This document shows positions 8,589 through 20,104 of a stretch of DNA of 64,000 nucleotides, piece after piece (the stretch's first letter is position 1; each line of letters opens with the position of its first letter). The position numbers and the translations under genes are program-made. The stretch spans positions 1,312,001 to 1,376,000 of the forward strand of contig OY781092.1 in assembly GCA_963676615.1 (NCBI GenBank), given 5' to 3'. This DNA comes from Candidatus Cloacimonadota bacterium (lineage in GTDB: Bacteria > Cloacimonadota > Cloacimonadia > G963667145). Under the pieces are notes generated by a model that was given only the letters and a program-made list of their open reading frames with translations, ran no database searches and had not been told where the DNA came from.

Positions 8589-9810
8589 AGCGTATAGAAA
8601 CAATTTCTCGAAAGAAAATTTTGACGAATATTTGCGGCAAGGCGAACCTCAAAAAGTCGAAAAAGCAAAGCTTTGGAAAACGGCTATCGGCTTACAAGAT
8701 GTGGACGGAATCACTCCTTCGAAATATCTAATCGAAACCGCCCACGAGAACATCAACGGCAACATCACGATTTTTCAAGTCAACGAGCGGATTAACGAAT
8801 ATTATGCACAGGCTCCTGTGAAAAAACCAAAAACCCGCACCGAAGAGGCCGACAAAGTCTCCGCCCGCATTGTTGAAATTTTGAGCGAACAAACTTTTTC
8901 GCTCTCGCCTGTCGAATATGTCGCAATTCACAAACGGCTTTTCCAAGGCGTTTATCGTCATGCAGGAAAAATCCGCAAATACAACATCACGAAAAAAGAG
9001 TGGATTTTGAACGGCGAGACAGTCCTATATGCCAGCGCCAGAACTCTGCAAGCCACGCTAAATTTTGATTTTGATCAGGAGAAAAAATTTAGCTACAAAA
9101 ATCTTTCTCGACCAGAAATCATCGACCACATCGCACATTTTATCAGCTCGTTGTGGCAAATCCATATTTTTGGCGAGGGCAACACGCGCACTACCGCCAT
9201 TTTTTTGATAAAATACCTGCGAAAACTTGGCTTCAAAAATGTCGAAAACGATTTGTTCGAAAAACACGCATGGTATTTTCGCAATGCGCTTGTGCGAGCA
9301 AACTACGAAGATCTCGCCAAAGGAATTTATCGAACGAAAGAATTTTTAGTCAAATTTCTGATGAACCTACTACTCGAGCAACAAAACCCACTAAAGAACC
9401 GAGAAATGCACATTCATTTCCTAGAAAAAAATGCTGACACTGTAAATGACACTGTAAATGACACTGTAAATGACACTGTAAATGACACTGTAAATGACAC
9501 TGTAAATGACACTGTAAATGACACTGTAAATGACACTGTAAATGACACTGTAAATGACACTGTAAATGACACTGTAAATGACACTGTAAATGACACTGTA
9601 AATGACACTGTAAATGACACTGTAAATGACACTGTAAATGACACTGTTTTTCTTTTGATAAAGAAAAACAGTCAAATCACTGCAAAAGAGATAAGCGAAA
9701 AGCTACAAATCAGCTTGAGCACCGCAAAAAGAAAAATCAAAAAGCTAAAAGAAAACGGAAAAATCAAACGAAACGGGAGCGACAAAGCTGGTTACTGGCA
9801 AGTTATTTAA
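8566..9810 (+). CDS. Fic-domain protein with N-terminal VbhA-like helix, (NDTV)n linker and C-terminal HTH
   Basis: Fic motif HIFGEGNTRT, N-terminal 'TAIGLQDVDG', C-terminal wHTH (ITAKEISEKLQISLSTAKR...GSDKAGYW). Start codon uncertain (TTG 8566; no ATG nearby). Confidence 0.85.
   Translation: MKKGNKIKAYRNNFSKENFDEYLRQGEPQKVEKAKLWKTAIGLQDVDGITPSKYLIETAHENINGNITIFQVNERINEYYAQAPVKKPKTRTEEADKVSARIVEILSEQTFSLSPVEYVAIHKRLFQGVYRHAGKIRKYNITKKEWILNGETVLYASARTLQATLNFDFDQEKKFSYKNLSRPEIIDHIAHFISSLWQIHIFGEGNTRTTAIFLIKYLRKLGFKNVENDLFEKHAWYFRNALVRANYEDLAKGIYRTKEFLVKFLMNLLLEQQNPLKNREMHIHFLEKNADTVNDTVNDTVNDTVNDTVNDTVNDTVNDTVNDTVNDTVNDTVNDTVNDTVNDTVNDTVNDTVNDTVNDTVFLLIKKNSQITAKEISEKLQISLSTAKRKIKKLKENGKIKRNGSDKAGYWQVI
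9435..9647 (+). repeat. Perfect 12-bp tandem repeat (TGACACTGTAAA), 17 full copies plus 9 bp, in frame in the Fic gene
   Basis: Read directly from the sequence; encodes DTV(N) x18. Confidence 0.98.
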
Positions 9811-9844
9811 CAGAATTTCACAAAAAAATCAAGGATTTACAAAA

Positions 9845-11023
9845 ATGATAAAAAAGATTTGGCAAGTGCCTTTGCTACAGAAAGAAGAACCACAAAATTC
9901 TCACAGATCAGCAACATGGCTGGAGCTATTTTTCGACCTGTTTTTCGTGGCTGTAATCGGCAATCTAAGCCATGAACTCACAAAAAATATCTCCCTGTCT
10001 GGAGTTGAAAATTTTGCTATCAGCTTCATCGCCATTTGGTGGATTTGGATCGGAATCACCATTTACAACGAAAGGTTCGAGACCGATGGAATAGAAAACA
10101 GGCTATTCACCTTTCTGCTGATGATTCCCGTCACTGGCTTGGCAATTTTCTCTCACAATGTAACAGAAGGCAACCTCCAAAATTTTCTGCTATCGTATAT
10201 GATCGCCCGAATTATCATCGTCCTTTTGTGGCTAAGAGCGGGCTATCACAACAAGCCGTTTCGCCCGACATCCAACATCTATATACTGGGATTCAGCGCC
10301 TCGATATTGCTCGTTTTTGCAGGAGCGATGCTGAACTCAAAAATCAGCCTGACCCTCTTTTTGATAGCGCTGATTATCGATTTAGCCACGCCATATTTCA
10401 CCCTCAAACAGCAAGCAAAGCTGCCGCATTTCACCACTTCAAAGCTGCCCGAGCGCTTTGGACTATTCACGATGATTGTGCTGGGCGAGATGGTAATTGG
10501 GCTCATCGGCGGGCTTTCGCATCACAAACATTTCAGCCTCGATTTGCTGCCACTGGGAATTATGGGCATCGTCACTATTTTGGGATTTTGGTGTCTCTAC
10601 TTCGATTTTATCGCGCGGCGTCCTTTCCAACCGAAAATCAAGGTCGCTATTTTGTGGGCGAACGCTCATATGCCGCTGATGATCGCCTTCGTCCTCATCG
10701 GTGTGAGCCTCTACAATTTGCTTGGCTCGGCGTCGCATCTGCACAAAGCGGCGAATTTGCTTCATCTGGGATCGATCGGATTTGCCCTTATTCTCATCGG
10801 ACTTCTCGAACTCACACTCGCGAAAAATCCTGAAAATCCTCATCATCCTCTGCTGAGTCCTGCCCTCAAAATCTGCTCTGGCGTCGTTGGAATTTTCCTT
10901 GCTTTTTTCACTTTTCCGCATTCCGCAGGAGTGATTATGCTCTCGGGCGTCGTCCTCATTGCTATAAATGTTACATACGGCATTTATCGATGGATCCAGC
11001 AAAATAAAGCAAGCTCATTCTAG
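9845..11023 (+). CDS. ltrA: Low temperature requirement protein A (LtrA) family membrane protein
   Basis: Motifs ATWLELFFDLFFV, WWIW...YNERF and ERFGLFTMIVLGE. Confidence 0.9.
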   Translation: MIKKIWQVPLLQKEEPQNSHRSATWLELFFDLFFVAVIGNLSHELTKNISLSGVENFAISFIAIWWIWIGITIYNERFETDGIENRLFTFLLMIPVTGLAIFSHNVTEGNLQNFLLSYMIARIIIVLLWLRAGYHNKPFRPTSNIYILGFSASILLVFAGAMLNSKISLTLFLIALIIDLATPYFTLKQQAKLPHFTTSKLPERFGLFTMIVLGEMVIGLIGGLSHHKHFSLDLLPLGIMGIVTILGFWCLYFDFIARRPFQPKIKVAILWANAHMPLMIAFVLIGVSLYNLLGSASHLHKAANLLHLGSIGFALILIGLLELTLAKNPENPHHPLLSPALKICSGVVGIFLAFFTFPHSAGVIMLSGVVLIAINVTYGIYRWIQQNKASSF

Positions 11024-11028
11024 CTGCG

Positions 11029-12360
11029 TTATCGCCGTCGCAATCCTTTCGGCAGATAATTATTAAGGCGACCGCCTGCGACTTTGCCCCAACCGATACC
11101 AAAACCATCCACAGCGAGCAAACACCAACCTTTAGGCAAATCTACGCGCAAACTCTCGCCAGCCAGATAATCTCGCAGCAAGGCGTCGTCGCACGATAAA
11201 TCCAAACAGTTCGCAACATCCGAGCTCACCAAAGCCAAAGCCAAAGCGTGAGAAGGTTCAAAGCGCCCCTTAATCTCTTTGCCCAAATGCAAGCCAGCGC
11301 TCAAGGCGTTCAAACCCGCAAAATCGAAGTCTTCGCCAAAATTGCACAAGTAGAGATTGTCGTGCAAAACTCGCAACTCGCCCGAAAAATCTTTCCGCAA
11401 ATTTTCACGAGCAAAATTTTCCCAAGCGTCTCCTATTTTTATGCGTTTCGGACGATTTTTGTAAGACTTTTTCTTAACTTTTGCGCTCTGCGACTCCTTG
11501 CGAAAAACCGCCAAAAAATGCCCTTCGCCCTTGTGAATATGCGGAAACATCTGATACGAGCTAAACTCCCCAAAGCACGCAATATTTTCCACCGTCTGCC
11601 GCGAAAATTCTGGGTGCTCTTGCAAAAAATTTTCCACCTGCTGCTGGTTTTCTGCGGGCGCAAATGTGCAAGTGGAGTAAACGAGCCTGCCGCCGCTTGC
11701 CACCATTTTCGCCGCTTGCGCTAAAATATTCCGCTGCCGTTTGGCGCAACCAAGCACATTCGCACTACTCCAATGCTGCACAGCCGCTGGGTTTTTGCGA
11801 AACAAACCCTCGCCAGAACAAGGCGCATCCACCAAAACTTTGTCGAAAAACCCCACAAACCTCTTGGCTAACTCCTGAGGATCATTGCTCAAAACCACAG
11901 CGCAGCTAGCTCCCACTCGCTGCAAATTTTCCCGCAAAACCTTGGCGCGACTACTCACCAACTCGTTGGCAACCAAAAGCCCACTATTCTGCAATTTCGC
12001 GGCAATTTGCGTCGATTTACCCCCAGGAGCAGCACACAAATCCAGCACCTTCTCCTGCGGCTTGACATCCAGCGCCTCAACAACAGCCATCGCCGACGGA
12101 TCTTGCAGATAATAAAGCCCCGCTTGATGATACGCATGCGCGCCCAATTTGCTCTCCGCCCGACAATAAAAGCCGTTCTGACACCAGTCAATCGGCTGCA
12201 AATCAAACTTCAACCGCAAAATCGAATCGTCGCAAACTTTCAGCGTATTAACCCGCAATCCCTTTGTTGGCGGCATCTGGTAAGATTGCACAAAGCGACA
12301 AAACTCCTCTTGTCCCAAAGTATCCCTCATCCTTTGCAAAAATTCCGCTGGCAACTTCAT
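11029..12360 (-). CDS. rsmF: RsmF/NOL1/NOP2 family rRNA cytosine-C5 methyltransferase
   Basis: DLCAAPGGKS, DAPCSGEG, YSTCTF and a C-terminal PUA-like domain. Start placed at ATG 12360 (MKLPAEF) after a GAAGGA RBS. Confidence 0.88.
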   Translation of the reverse strand: MKLPAEFLQRMRDTLGQEEFCRFVQSYQMPPTKGLRVNTLKVCDDSILRLKFDLQPIDWCQNGFYCRAESKLGAHAYHQAGLYYLQDPSAMAVVEALDVKPQEKVLDLCAAPGGKSTQIAAKLQNSGLLVANELVSSRAKVLRENLQRVGASCAVVLSNDPQELAKRFVGFFDKVLVDAPCSGEGLFRKNPAAVQHWSSANVLGCAKRQRNILAQAAKMVASGGRLVYSTCTFAPAENQQQVENFLQEHPEFSRQTVENIACFGEFSSYQMFPHIHKGEGHFLAVFRKESQSAKVKKKSYKNRPKRIKIGDAWENFARENLRKDFSGELRVLHDNLYLCNFGEDFDFAGLNALSAGLHLGKEIKGRFEPSHALALALVSSDVANCLDLSCDDALLRDYLAGESLRVDLPKGWCLLAVDGFGIGWGKVAGGRLNNYLPKGLRRR

Positions 12361-12370
12361 TTCAGTTCCT

Positions 12371-12958
12371 TCAAGCTTTCTCAAAATTCACCCGCAAATC
12401 TGCCAAAATCGCCAAAAAATCTTGCTCCACAGCAATCGGGACAACGACCGTCGCCGCGATCTTGTCGCTATATTCTGGCTCCAAAAGCTCTAGCGCCAAA
12501 CTCTTCAGGCGATAGTTCAAACTGTCCAACTTGTCGTAACTCAAGCGCAAAAAATACCTCTCCTTGGGGATTAACTCCTGCGTGCCAACGGCGTCGATCG
12601 CATCGGCAACCACCGAAGAATACGCCTGAATTAAGCCCGGAATGCCCAGCTTTATGCCGCCAAAATATCGAGTGACCACCACGCAAACATTCGTCAAATG
12701 CCTGACAAGCAAAGCGTTCAACATCGGCTTGCCAGCGCTGCCTGGCGGCTCGCCATCGTCCGAACAATGCAAAACTTCGCCGTCTGCGCCCACGATATAC
12801 GCCCAGCAATTATGCGCAGCGCTTTTGTGCAATCCCGAAATTTCCCGCACTTTCTGTCGCACCTCCTGCGCCGAACTCACACAAAAAAGGTGAGTTATGA
12901 ACTCCGAGCGCCTAATCTTCACGCTCCTTTCCAACTCACCTTTAACAATATACTTCAT
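12371..12958 (-). CDS. yigZ: YigZ/IMPACT family protein
   Basis: Motifs AAHNCWAY, SDDGEPPGSAGKP and VTRYFGGIKLG. Confidence 0.92.
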   Translation of the reverse strand: MKYIVKGELERSVKIRRSEFITHLFCVSSAQEVRQKVREISGLHKSAAHNCWAYIVGADGEVLHCSDDGEPPGSAGKPMLNALLVRHLTNVCVVVTRYFGGIKLGIPGLIQAYSSVVADAIDAVGTQELIPKERYFLRLSYDKLDSLNYRLKSLALELLEPEYSDKIAATVVVPIAVEQDFLAILADLRVNFEKA

Positions 12959-12970
12959 TCTCGACTTAGC

Positions 12971-15436
12971 TTAAAAAATCTGCTCCTGCTCGACCTCCGC
13001 CTCGTCGTTCTCGTCCTGCACAATCCGCGTGATGTCATACACCAGATCGTCCTCCTGCAACTTAATCAGGCAAACGCCTTGCGTATTTTTGCTAAAAACC
13101 GAAATCTTTTGCACCGACTGCCGATTGATAATGCCGTTTTTGGTCACGATAATAATGTTGTCCTCGTCCATAACCTCCAGCAGCTTCACCAGTTTGCCGT
13201 TCCGCTGACTCGTCTTAATCGTGATATAGCCCTTCGACGCGCGGCGGGTCGTCTTATAATCGTCCGCGTTCGTCCGCTTGCCATAACCTTTTTCGCACAC
13301 TGCCAGCAAAGTCACATTCTCTCGTCTGAGGATAATCATCGCCACCACCTCGTCGCTATCGCGCAGGGTAATCCCACGAACGCCCTTGGAATTGCGACCA
13401 ACCGTCCGCACTTCGTCCTCGTTAAAACGATTCGCGTAACCGTTCATCGTCGCCAGCAAAATATCGTTGCTTCCGTCGGAAATATCCACATCAACCAGCC
13501 TGTCGCCCTGACCAAGATTTATCGAAATAATCCCGTTGGTGCGCGGCTTGGAAAAATCGCTCAACTTCGACTTCTTCACAATTCCGTCTTTCGTCGCCAT
13601 CACAATGTTTTTGTCCTCGGCAAACTCCGACACATTCAAAAACGCCTGCACCTTCTCGCCAGTTTGCAGCGGCAACAAATTCACCACTGGGCGACCCTTG
13701 GCGGTCCTACTGCCCTGCGGCAAATCGTAAACTTTTTGCCAATAGCACTTTCCGAAATTCGAGAAAAATAAAATGTAGTCGTGCGTTGAGGCGACAAAAA
13801 TATTTTTGATGAAATCGTCGTCCTTCAGCGTCGAGCCCGAAAGCCCTCTGCCGCCGCGATTTTGCGTGCGATAAGTATCCACCGGAATCCGCTTGATGTA
13901 GCCCTCGTTGGAAATCGTCACCACCATATCCTCTTTGGCAATCAAATCCTCGATGCGCATATCCGCTGTGTCGATGCCAATCTCCGTGCGGCGCTCATCG
14001 CCGAACTTTTTCTTCATCTCCAAAGTCTCTTCTTTGATAATCGTCATCCGCAAATCTTTGTCCGCCAAAATCCCCTCGAGTTCCTTCACCAGCGCCAAAG
14101 TCGCCTGATAATCGTTCTCGATTTTCTCTCGTTCCAGACCAGTCAAGCGTTGCAGACGCATCTCCAAAATCGCCTTCGCCTGTATCGCACTCAGAGCAAA
14201 CTTGCTCTCCAACTGCTCCTGCGCCTGAACATTATTGGCAGACGCCCTGATCGTGGCGATCACCTCGTCGATATTATCCAGCGCAATGCGATAGCCTTCC
14301 AAAAGATGCAGCTTGTGCTTGGCGTTCTTCAGGCGATACTGCGTCCTGCGCTCCACCACATTGTGCCGAAAATCGATAAAATTTTGCACAAGCTCGGGCA
14401 TATTCAGCACTTTCGGCTCGCCGTCCACCAAAGCCAAGTTAATCACGCTAAAAGTCTGTTGCAGCTGCGTGTATTTATAGAGCTTATTCAGCACGACATC
14501 GGCGTTAAAGCCCTTTTTGACCTTCACCACCAGGCGCATTCCCTGGCGTCCGCTCTCATCGCGAACATCCGAAATATCCTCGATTTTCTTCTCTTTAACC
14601 AGCGACGCAATCTTCTCGATGAGCAAAGTTTTATTCAGCTGATACGGAATCTCGTGGATGATAATCTGCTGAATATTGTTCGACTTATTCTCGATAAAAG
14701 CTTTTCCCTTCAGCCTAATTTTGCCGCGTCCAGTAGCGAAATAATCGTCAATTCCAGCCGTGCCAGCGATAACGCCGCCTGTTGGAAAATCTGGACCCTT
14801 GATATATGCCCGCAAGCCTTTTGCGTCAAGTTCGGGATTGTCAACTTTGGCGATAATCGCATCGCAAATCTCGTTCATATTGTGCGGCGCCATCGAAGTC
14901 GCCATCCCCACAGCGATACCCGAGCTCCCGTTCACCAAAAGGTTCGGAATCTTCGTCGGAAAAACTTCGGGCTCTTGTTGCGTCTCGTCGTAGTTGAACT
15001 TAAAGTTGACCGTCTCTTCGCCCAGCTCATCCATCAACTCGACCGAAGTTTTCTGCAATTTCGCCTCTGTATAACGCATCGCCGCTGGCGGATCACCGTC
15101 TATCGAGCCAAAGTTACCCTGCCCGTTAACCAGCATATACCGCATATTCCATGGCTGCGCCATCCGCACCAAAGTCGGATACACCACCTGCTCACCGTGC
15201 GGGTGAAAGTTTCCCGAGGTATCACCTGCAATCTTCGCACACTTCCGAAATCCTCCGCCGGGACGCAAATTCAACTGCTCCATCGCATACAAAATCCGCC
15301 GCTGCGACGGCTTGAGCCCGTCTCGCACATCAGGCAAAGCCCGCGAAACGATCACGCTCATCGAATATTCCATATACGACTTTTTGAGCTGATCCTCAAT
15401 CTCGATATTTACAATTTTAGAACTTTCATCAAACAT
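12971..15436 (-). CDS. gyrA: DNA gyrase subunit A
   Basis: RALPDVRDGLKP, HPHG, catalytic AAMRYTE, GyrA-box QNRGGRG and CTD blades. Confidence 0.98.
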   Translation of the reverse strand: MFDESSKIVNIEIEDQLKKSYMEYSMSVIVSRALPDVRDGLKPSQRRILYAMEQLNLRPGGGFRKCAKIAGDTSGNFHPHGEQVVYPTLVRMAQPWNMRYMLVNGQGNFGSIDGDPPAAMRYTEAKLQKTSVELMDELGEETVNFKFNYDETQQEPEVFPTKIPNLLVNGSSGIAVGMATSMAPHNMNEICDAIIAKVDNPELDAKGLRAYIKGPDFPTGGVIAGTAGIDDYFATGRGKIRLKGKAFIENKSNNIQQIIIHEIPYQLNKTLLIEKIASLVKEKKIEDISDVRDESGRQGMRLVVKVKKGFNADVVLNKLYKYTQLQQTFSVINLALVDGEPKVLNMPELVQNFIDFRHNVVERRTQYRLKNAKHKLHLLEGYRIALDNIDEVIATIRASANNVQAQEQLESKFALSAIQAKAILEMRLQRLTGLEREKIENDYQATLALVKELEGILADKDLRMTIIKEETLEMKKKFGDERRTEIGIDTADMRIEDLIAKEDMVVTISNEGYIKRIPVDTYRTQNRGGRGLSGSTLKDDDFIKNIFVASTHDYILFFSNFGKCYWQKVYDLPQGSRTAKGRPVVNLLPLQTGEKVQAFLNVSEFAEDKNIVMATKDGIVKKSKLSDFSKPRTNGIISINLGQGDRLVDVDISDGSNDILLATMNGYANRFNEDEVRTVGRNSKGVRGITLRDSDEVVAMIILRRENVTLLAVCEKGYGKRTNADDYKTTRRASKGYITIKTSQRNGKLVKLLEVMDEDNIIIVTKNGIINRQSVQKISVFSKNTQGVCLIKLQEDDLVYDITRIVQDENDEAEVEQEQIF

Positions 15437-15448
15437 TTCTACTTCCTC

Positions 15449-17422
<1,974 letters not shown>

Positions 17423-17587
17423 TCAAGATAAAAAAAAGTGAAGAAACGAAATAGACGCTTTTTTTCGCTTCTTTTTTCGCATTTTAATTTTTCAAAGCGT
17501 GCGATAACCTCTGCAAAAGAAAATTTTAAAAATCGCCGCAAATTTTTCGTATTTCCAGAAAATTCGCTGCCGAAAATTTTTCAGCGA

Positions 17588-18817
17588 CTAAACCACCTCA
17601 ATCAAAAAATACCGCTTTTTGCCCGCTTTCAAAATAATTTTCCCGTCCTTAATCATCTGCAGCTCAACCTTCGCCTCGATATCCTTAATCTGCACCTCGT
17701 TAACCCGCGCACCGCCCTGCTCCATCAGCCGCCGTGCTGCCGATTTCGACTTGCACAAATCCGTCATCGCATACAAATCCACAAGAGCAAGCCCCTGCTC
17801 AATCTCCTGCGCCTTTACCTGCAAAGTCGGCATACCGCTCAAATCCTTCTCTGCACCAGCGTCAAACATCGACCGTGCCGCAGCCAAAGCGCTCTCTGCT
17901 GCCTCCTGCCCGTGAATAATCTTCGTCTGTTCATACGCCAGCCGCTGCTTCACCTCGTTCAGCTCTTGCCCCTGCAGCCCCTCGTATTTGCGAATCTCGT
18001 CCATCTCCAAAAATGTAAACATCTTCAAAAACCGCAAAGCGTCATCGTCGGGAACATTCCGCCAATACTGAAAATAGTCGTAAGCCGAAAACAACTTTTC
18101 GTCCAAGAAAACAGCGCCTTTCTCGCTTTTACCCATCTTTTTTCCGTCGGCTCTGGTAATCAGCGGAAAAGTCAGCCCGAAAGCCTCTTTGCCCAAAATG
18201 CGACGAATCAGATCAACGCCCGCAACGATATTCCCCCACTGGTCGTCGCCGCCCATCTGCATCGTGCAACCATAATCGCGACACAAAACCATAAAATCGT
18301 AGGACTGCAAAAGCTGATAGTTAAACTCGATGAACGACAAACCACGCTCAAGCCGCTGTTTATACGCCTCAAAGCTCAACATTTTATTCACCGAAAAATG
18401 TTTGCCAATGTCCCGCAAAAAATCGATATAGTTCAAATCCAAAAGCCAGTCCTTGTTGTTCGCCACCTGCGCGGTTGGTTTGGACAAATCGACAACTTTC
18501 CCCAGCTGTGCGGCGATTTTTTCCGAATTGCTCTGAATTTGTTCCTTGCTGAGCATCTTCCGCATCTCCGTCTTGCCCGAAGGATCGCCAATCATCGCTG
18601 TGCCGCCGCCCAAAAGCGCAATCACCTTGTGCCCTGCCTCCTGCAAATGATGAAAAGCAAAAAACGGCACGATATGCCCAATATGCAGCGACTCGCCCGT
18701 CGGATCAACCCCCACATAAATCGTCGCCTTGCCGTTATTCAAAAGCTCCCGCACCTTCTGCTCGTCCGTGCATTGCTTAAAAAAACCACGCTCTTTTAAA
18801 GTTTCAAAAACTCCCAT
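17588..18817 (-). CDS. tyrS: Tyrosine--tRNA ligase
   Basis: HIGH and KMGKS motifs, GGDDQWGNI, C-terminal S4 domain (KAGKKRY). Confidence 0.97.
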   Translation of the reverse strand: MGVFETLKERGFFKQCTDEQKVRELLNNGKATIYVGVDPTGESLHIGHIVPFFAFHHLQEAGHKVIALLGGGTAMIGDPSGKTEMRKMLSKEQIQSNSEKIAAQLGKVVDLSKPTAQVANNKDWLLDLNYIDFLRDIGKHFSVNKMLSFEAYKQRLERGLSFIEFNYQLLQSYDFMVLCRDYGCTMQMGGDDQWGNIVAGVDLIRRILGKEAFGLTFPLITRADGKKMGKSEKGAVFLDEKLFSAYDYFQYWRNVPDDDALRFLKMFTFLEMDEIRKYEGLQGQELNEVKQRLAYEQTKIIHGQEAAESALAAARSMFDAGAEKDLSGMPTLQVKAQEIEQGLALVDLYAMTDLCKSKSAARRLMEQGGARVNEVQIKDIEAKVELQMIKDGKIILKAGKKRYFLIEVV

Positions 18818-18838
18818 TTTTCCAACCTCACAAATTTT

Positions 18839-20104
18839 TTATTTCGTCAAAACCGCCACGCTCTCGATATGAGCCGTCAGCGGAAACATATCCACGCCCT
18901 GCAAACTCTGCAAAACAAAGCCAGCCTCAATCAAAAAATCCAAATCTCGCTTTTGCGTTGCGGGATTGCAACTCACATACACAATCTTCTTTGCGCCCGA
19001 GCACGCAACCGCCTGCACCAGCTCACGCTGCAAACCCACACGCGGCGGATCAAAAATCACCGTATCGACTTTTGGCAACCCAGCAAACTCCTGCTCCACT
19101 TTGCCGTGCACCAGCCGCACATTCTCTGCGCCGTTCAGCGCCAAATTCGCCCGCGCGTTCGCCACAGCCTGCTCGTTCTCCTCGATGCACCACACCTGCC
19201 CAGCTCGCCTGCTGATGTAGATACCGATGCTGCTCACACCACTGTAGGCGTCCAGCACCACATCGTCCTCGCCAATTTCGCCCAAAATCTTGTCGTAAAG
19301 ATTTTTCACCTGAAACCTATTTATCTGAAAAAACGATAGATACGAACACCGAAAACGAAAATCGCCGATCTGCTCCTCCACCCAATCTTTGCCCCAAATC
19401 AGCTTCTGCTCGCTGCCAAAAATCTTGTTCCCGTCGCTCTGATTGATGTTTTGCACAATGCCCACCAAATTCGGCAAAACTTTCCGTGCCTCACGCTCCA
19501 AAACTTTGGAAAAAGGCAACCGTCGCAACTTGGTAACCAACACCAAAACCAGCTCTCCGCCAGCCGAAAGCCGCATCCCCACATAGCGCAAACTGCCTTT
19601 GCGGCTCCTTTGATCATACGGCTGCAAGCCCGATTTGCGCAGATAATCACGCACCAAAACTTGCACCTTGTCAAAAATCTCGGGATGCAAAAAACAGCCC
19701 TTCACCTGCAAAACGCTATGCGAACGGGGCTTATAGACGCCCAAGCGCCCATTTGCGTCCACAGGCAGCACAACCTTATTCCGATAAAAAAGATGCGGCT
19801 GGGAACCCAAAAGCGAAACCTCACGACCAAAAATCTCTCGCAAAATCTCCCTTTTAAACTCCAACTGCGCCGAATAATCCACTCCACTCCAGATGCAACC
19901 CCCGCAATCGTCATAGCCGCAACCATCGCATCGCACCGCCGCTTTCTGCAAAAAACTCTCCACCTTGGCAATCAAAACGCCCGCTCGGCGATGCACCACC
20001 TGCACGCTCACATCGTCGCCTGGCACAGCTCCTCGCACAAAATAGGTCTTCCCCTGCTCGTGCGCAAGCCCATAGCCGCCTGCCACCACTTTTTCGATCA
20101 ACAC
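18839..20104 (-). CDS. rlmD: 23S rRNA (uracil-1939-C5)-methyltransferase
   Basis: TRAM-like N-terminus, CGGC Fe-S motif, YRNK, SFFQIN, DPPR, YVSCNP, DMFP.T.HIE. Confidence 0.9.
   Translation of the reverse strand: MLIEKVVAGGYGLAHEQGKTYFVRGAVPGDDVSVQVVHRRAGVLIAKVESFLQKAAVRCDGCGYDDCGGCIWSGVDYSAQLEFKREILREIFGREVSLLGSQPHLFYRNKVVLPVDANGRLGVYKPRSHSVLQVKGCFLHPEIFDKVQVLVRDYLRKSGLQPYDQRSRKGSLRYVGMRLSAGGELVLVLVTKLRRLPFSKVLEREARKVLPNLVGIVQNINQSDGNKIFGSEQKLIWGKDWVEEQIGDFRFRCSYLSFFQINRFQVKNLYDKILGEIGEDDVVLDAYSGVSSIGIYISRRAGQVWCIEENEQAVANARANLALNGAENVRLVHGKVEQEFAGLPKVDTVIFDPPRVGLQRELVQAVACSGAKKIVYVSCNPATQKRDLDFLIEAGFVLQSLQGVDMFPLTAHIESVAVLTK

Noticed and set aside
9435..9647. Possible CRISPR array
   Set aside because: Head-to-tail 12-bp units with no spacers, inside a CDS, and no cas genes in the window.
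6094..11023. Integron cassette array
   Set aside because: Intergenic gaps are short, no attC-like inverted core sites were seen, and there is no integrase.
17438..18799. 453-aa + strand ORF
   Set aside because: Antisense to tyrS; no independent coding evidence.
18818..18838. T-box leader for tyrS (also checked for serS and trp)
   Set aside because: No room upstream of tyrS or serS and no T-box motif; trp uses a leader peptide instead.
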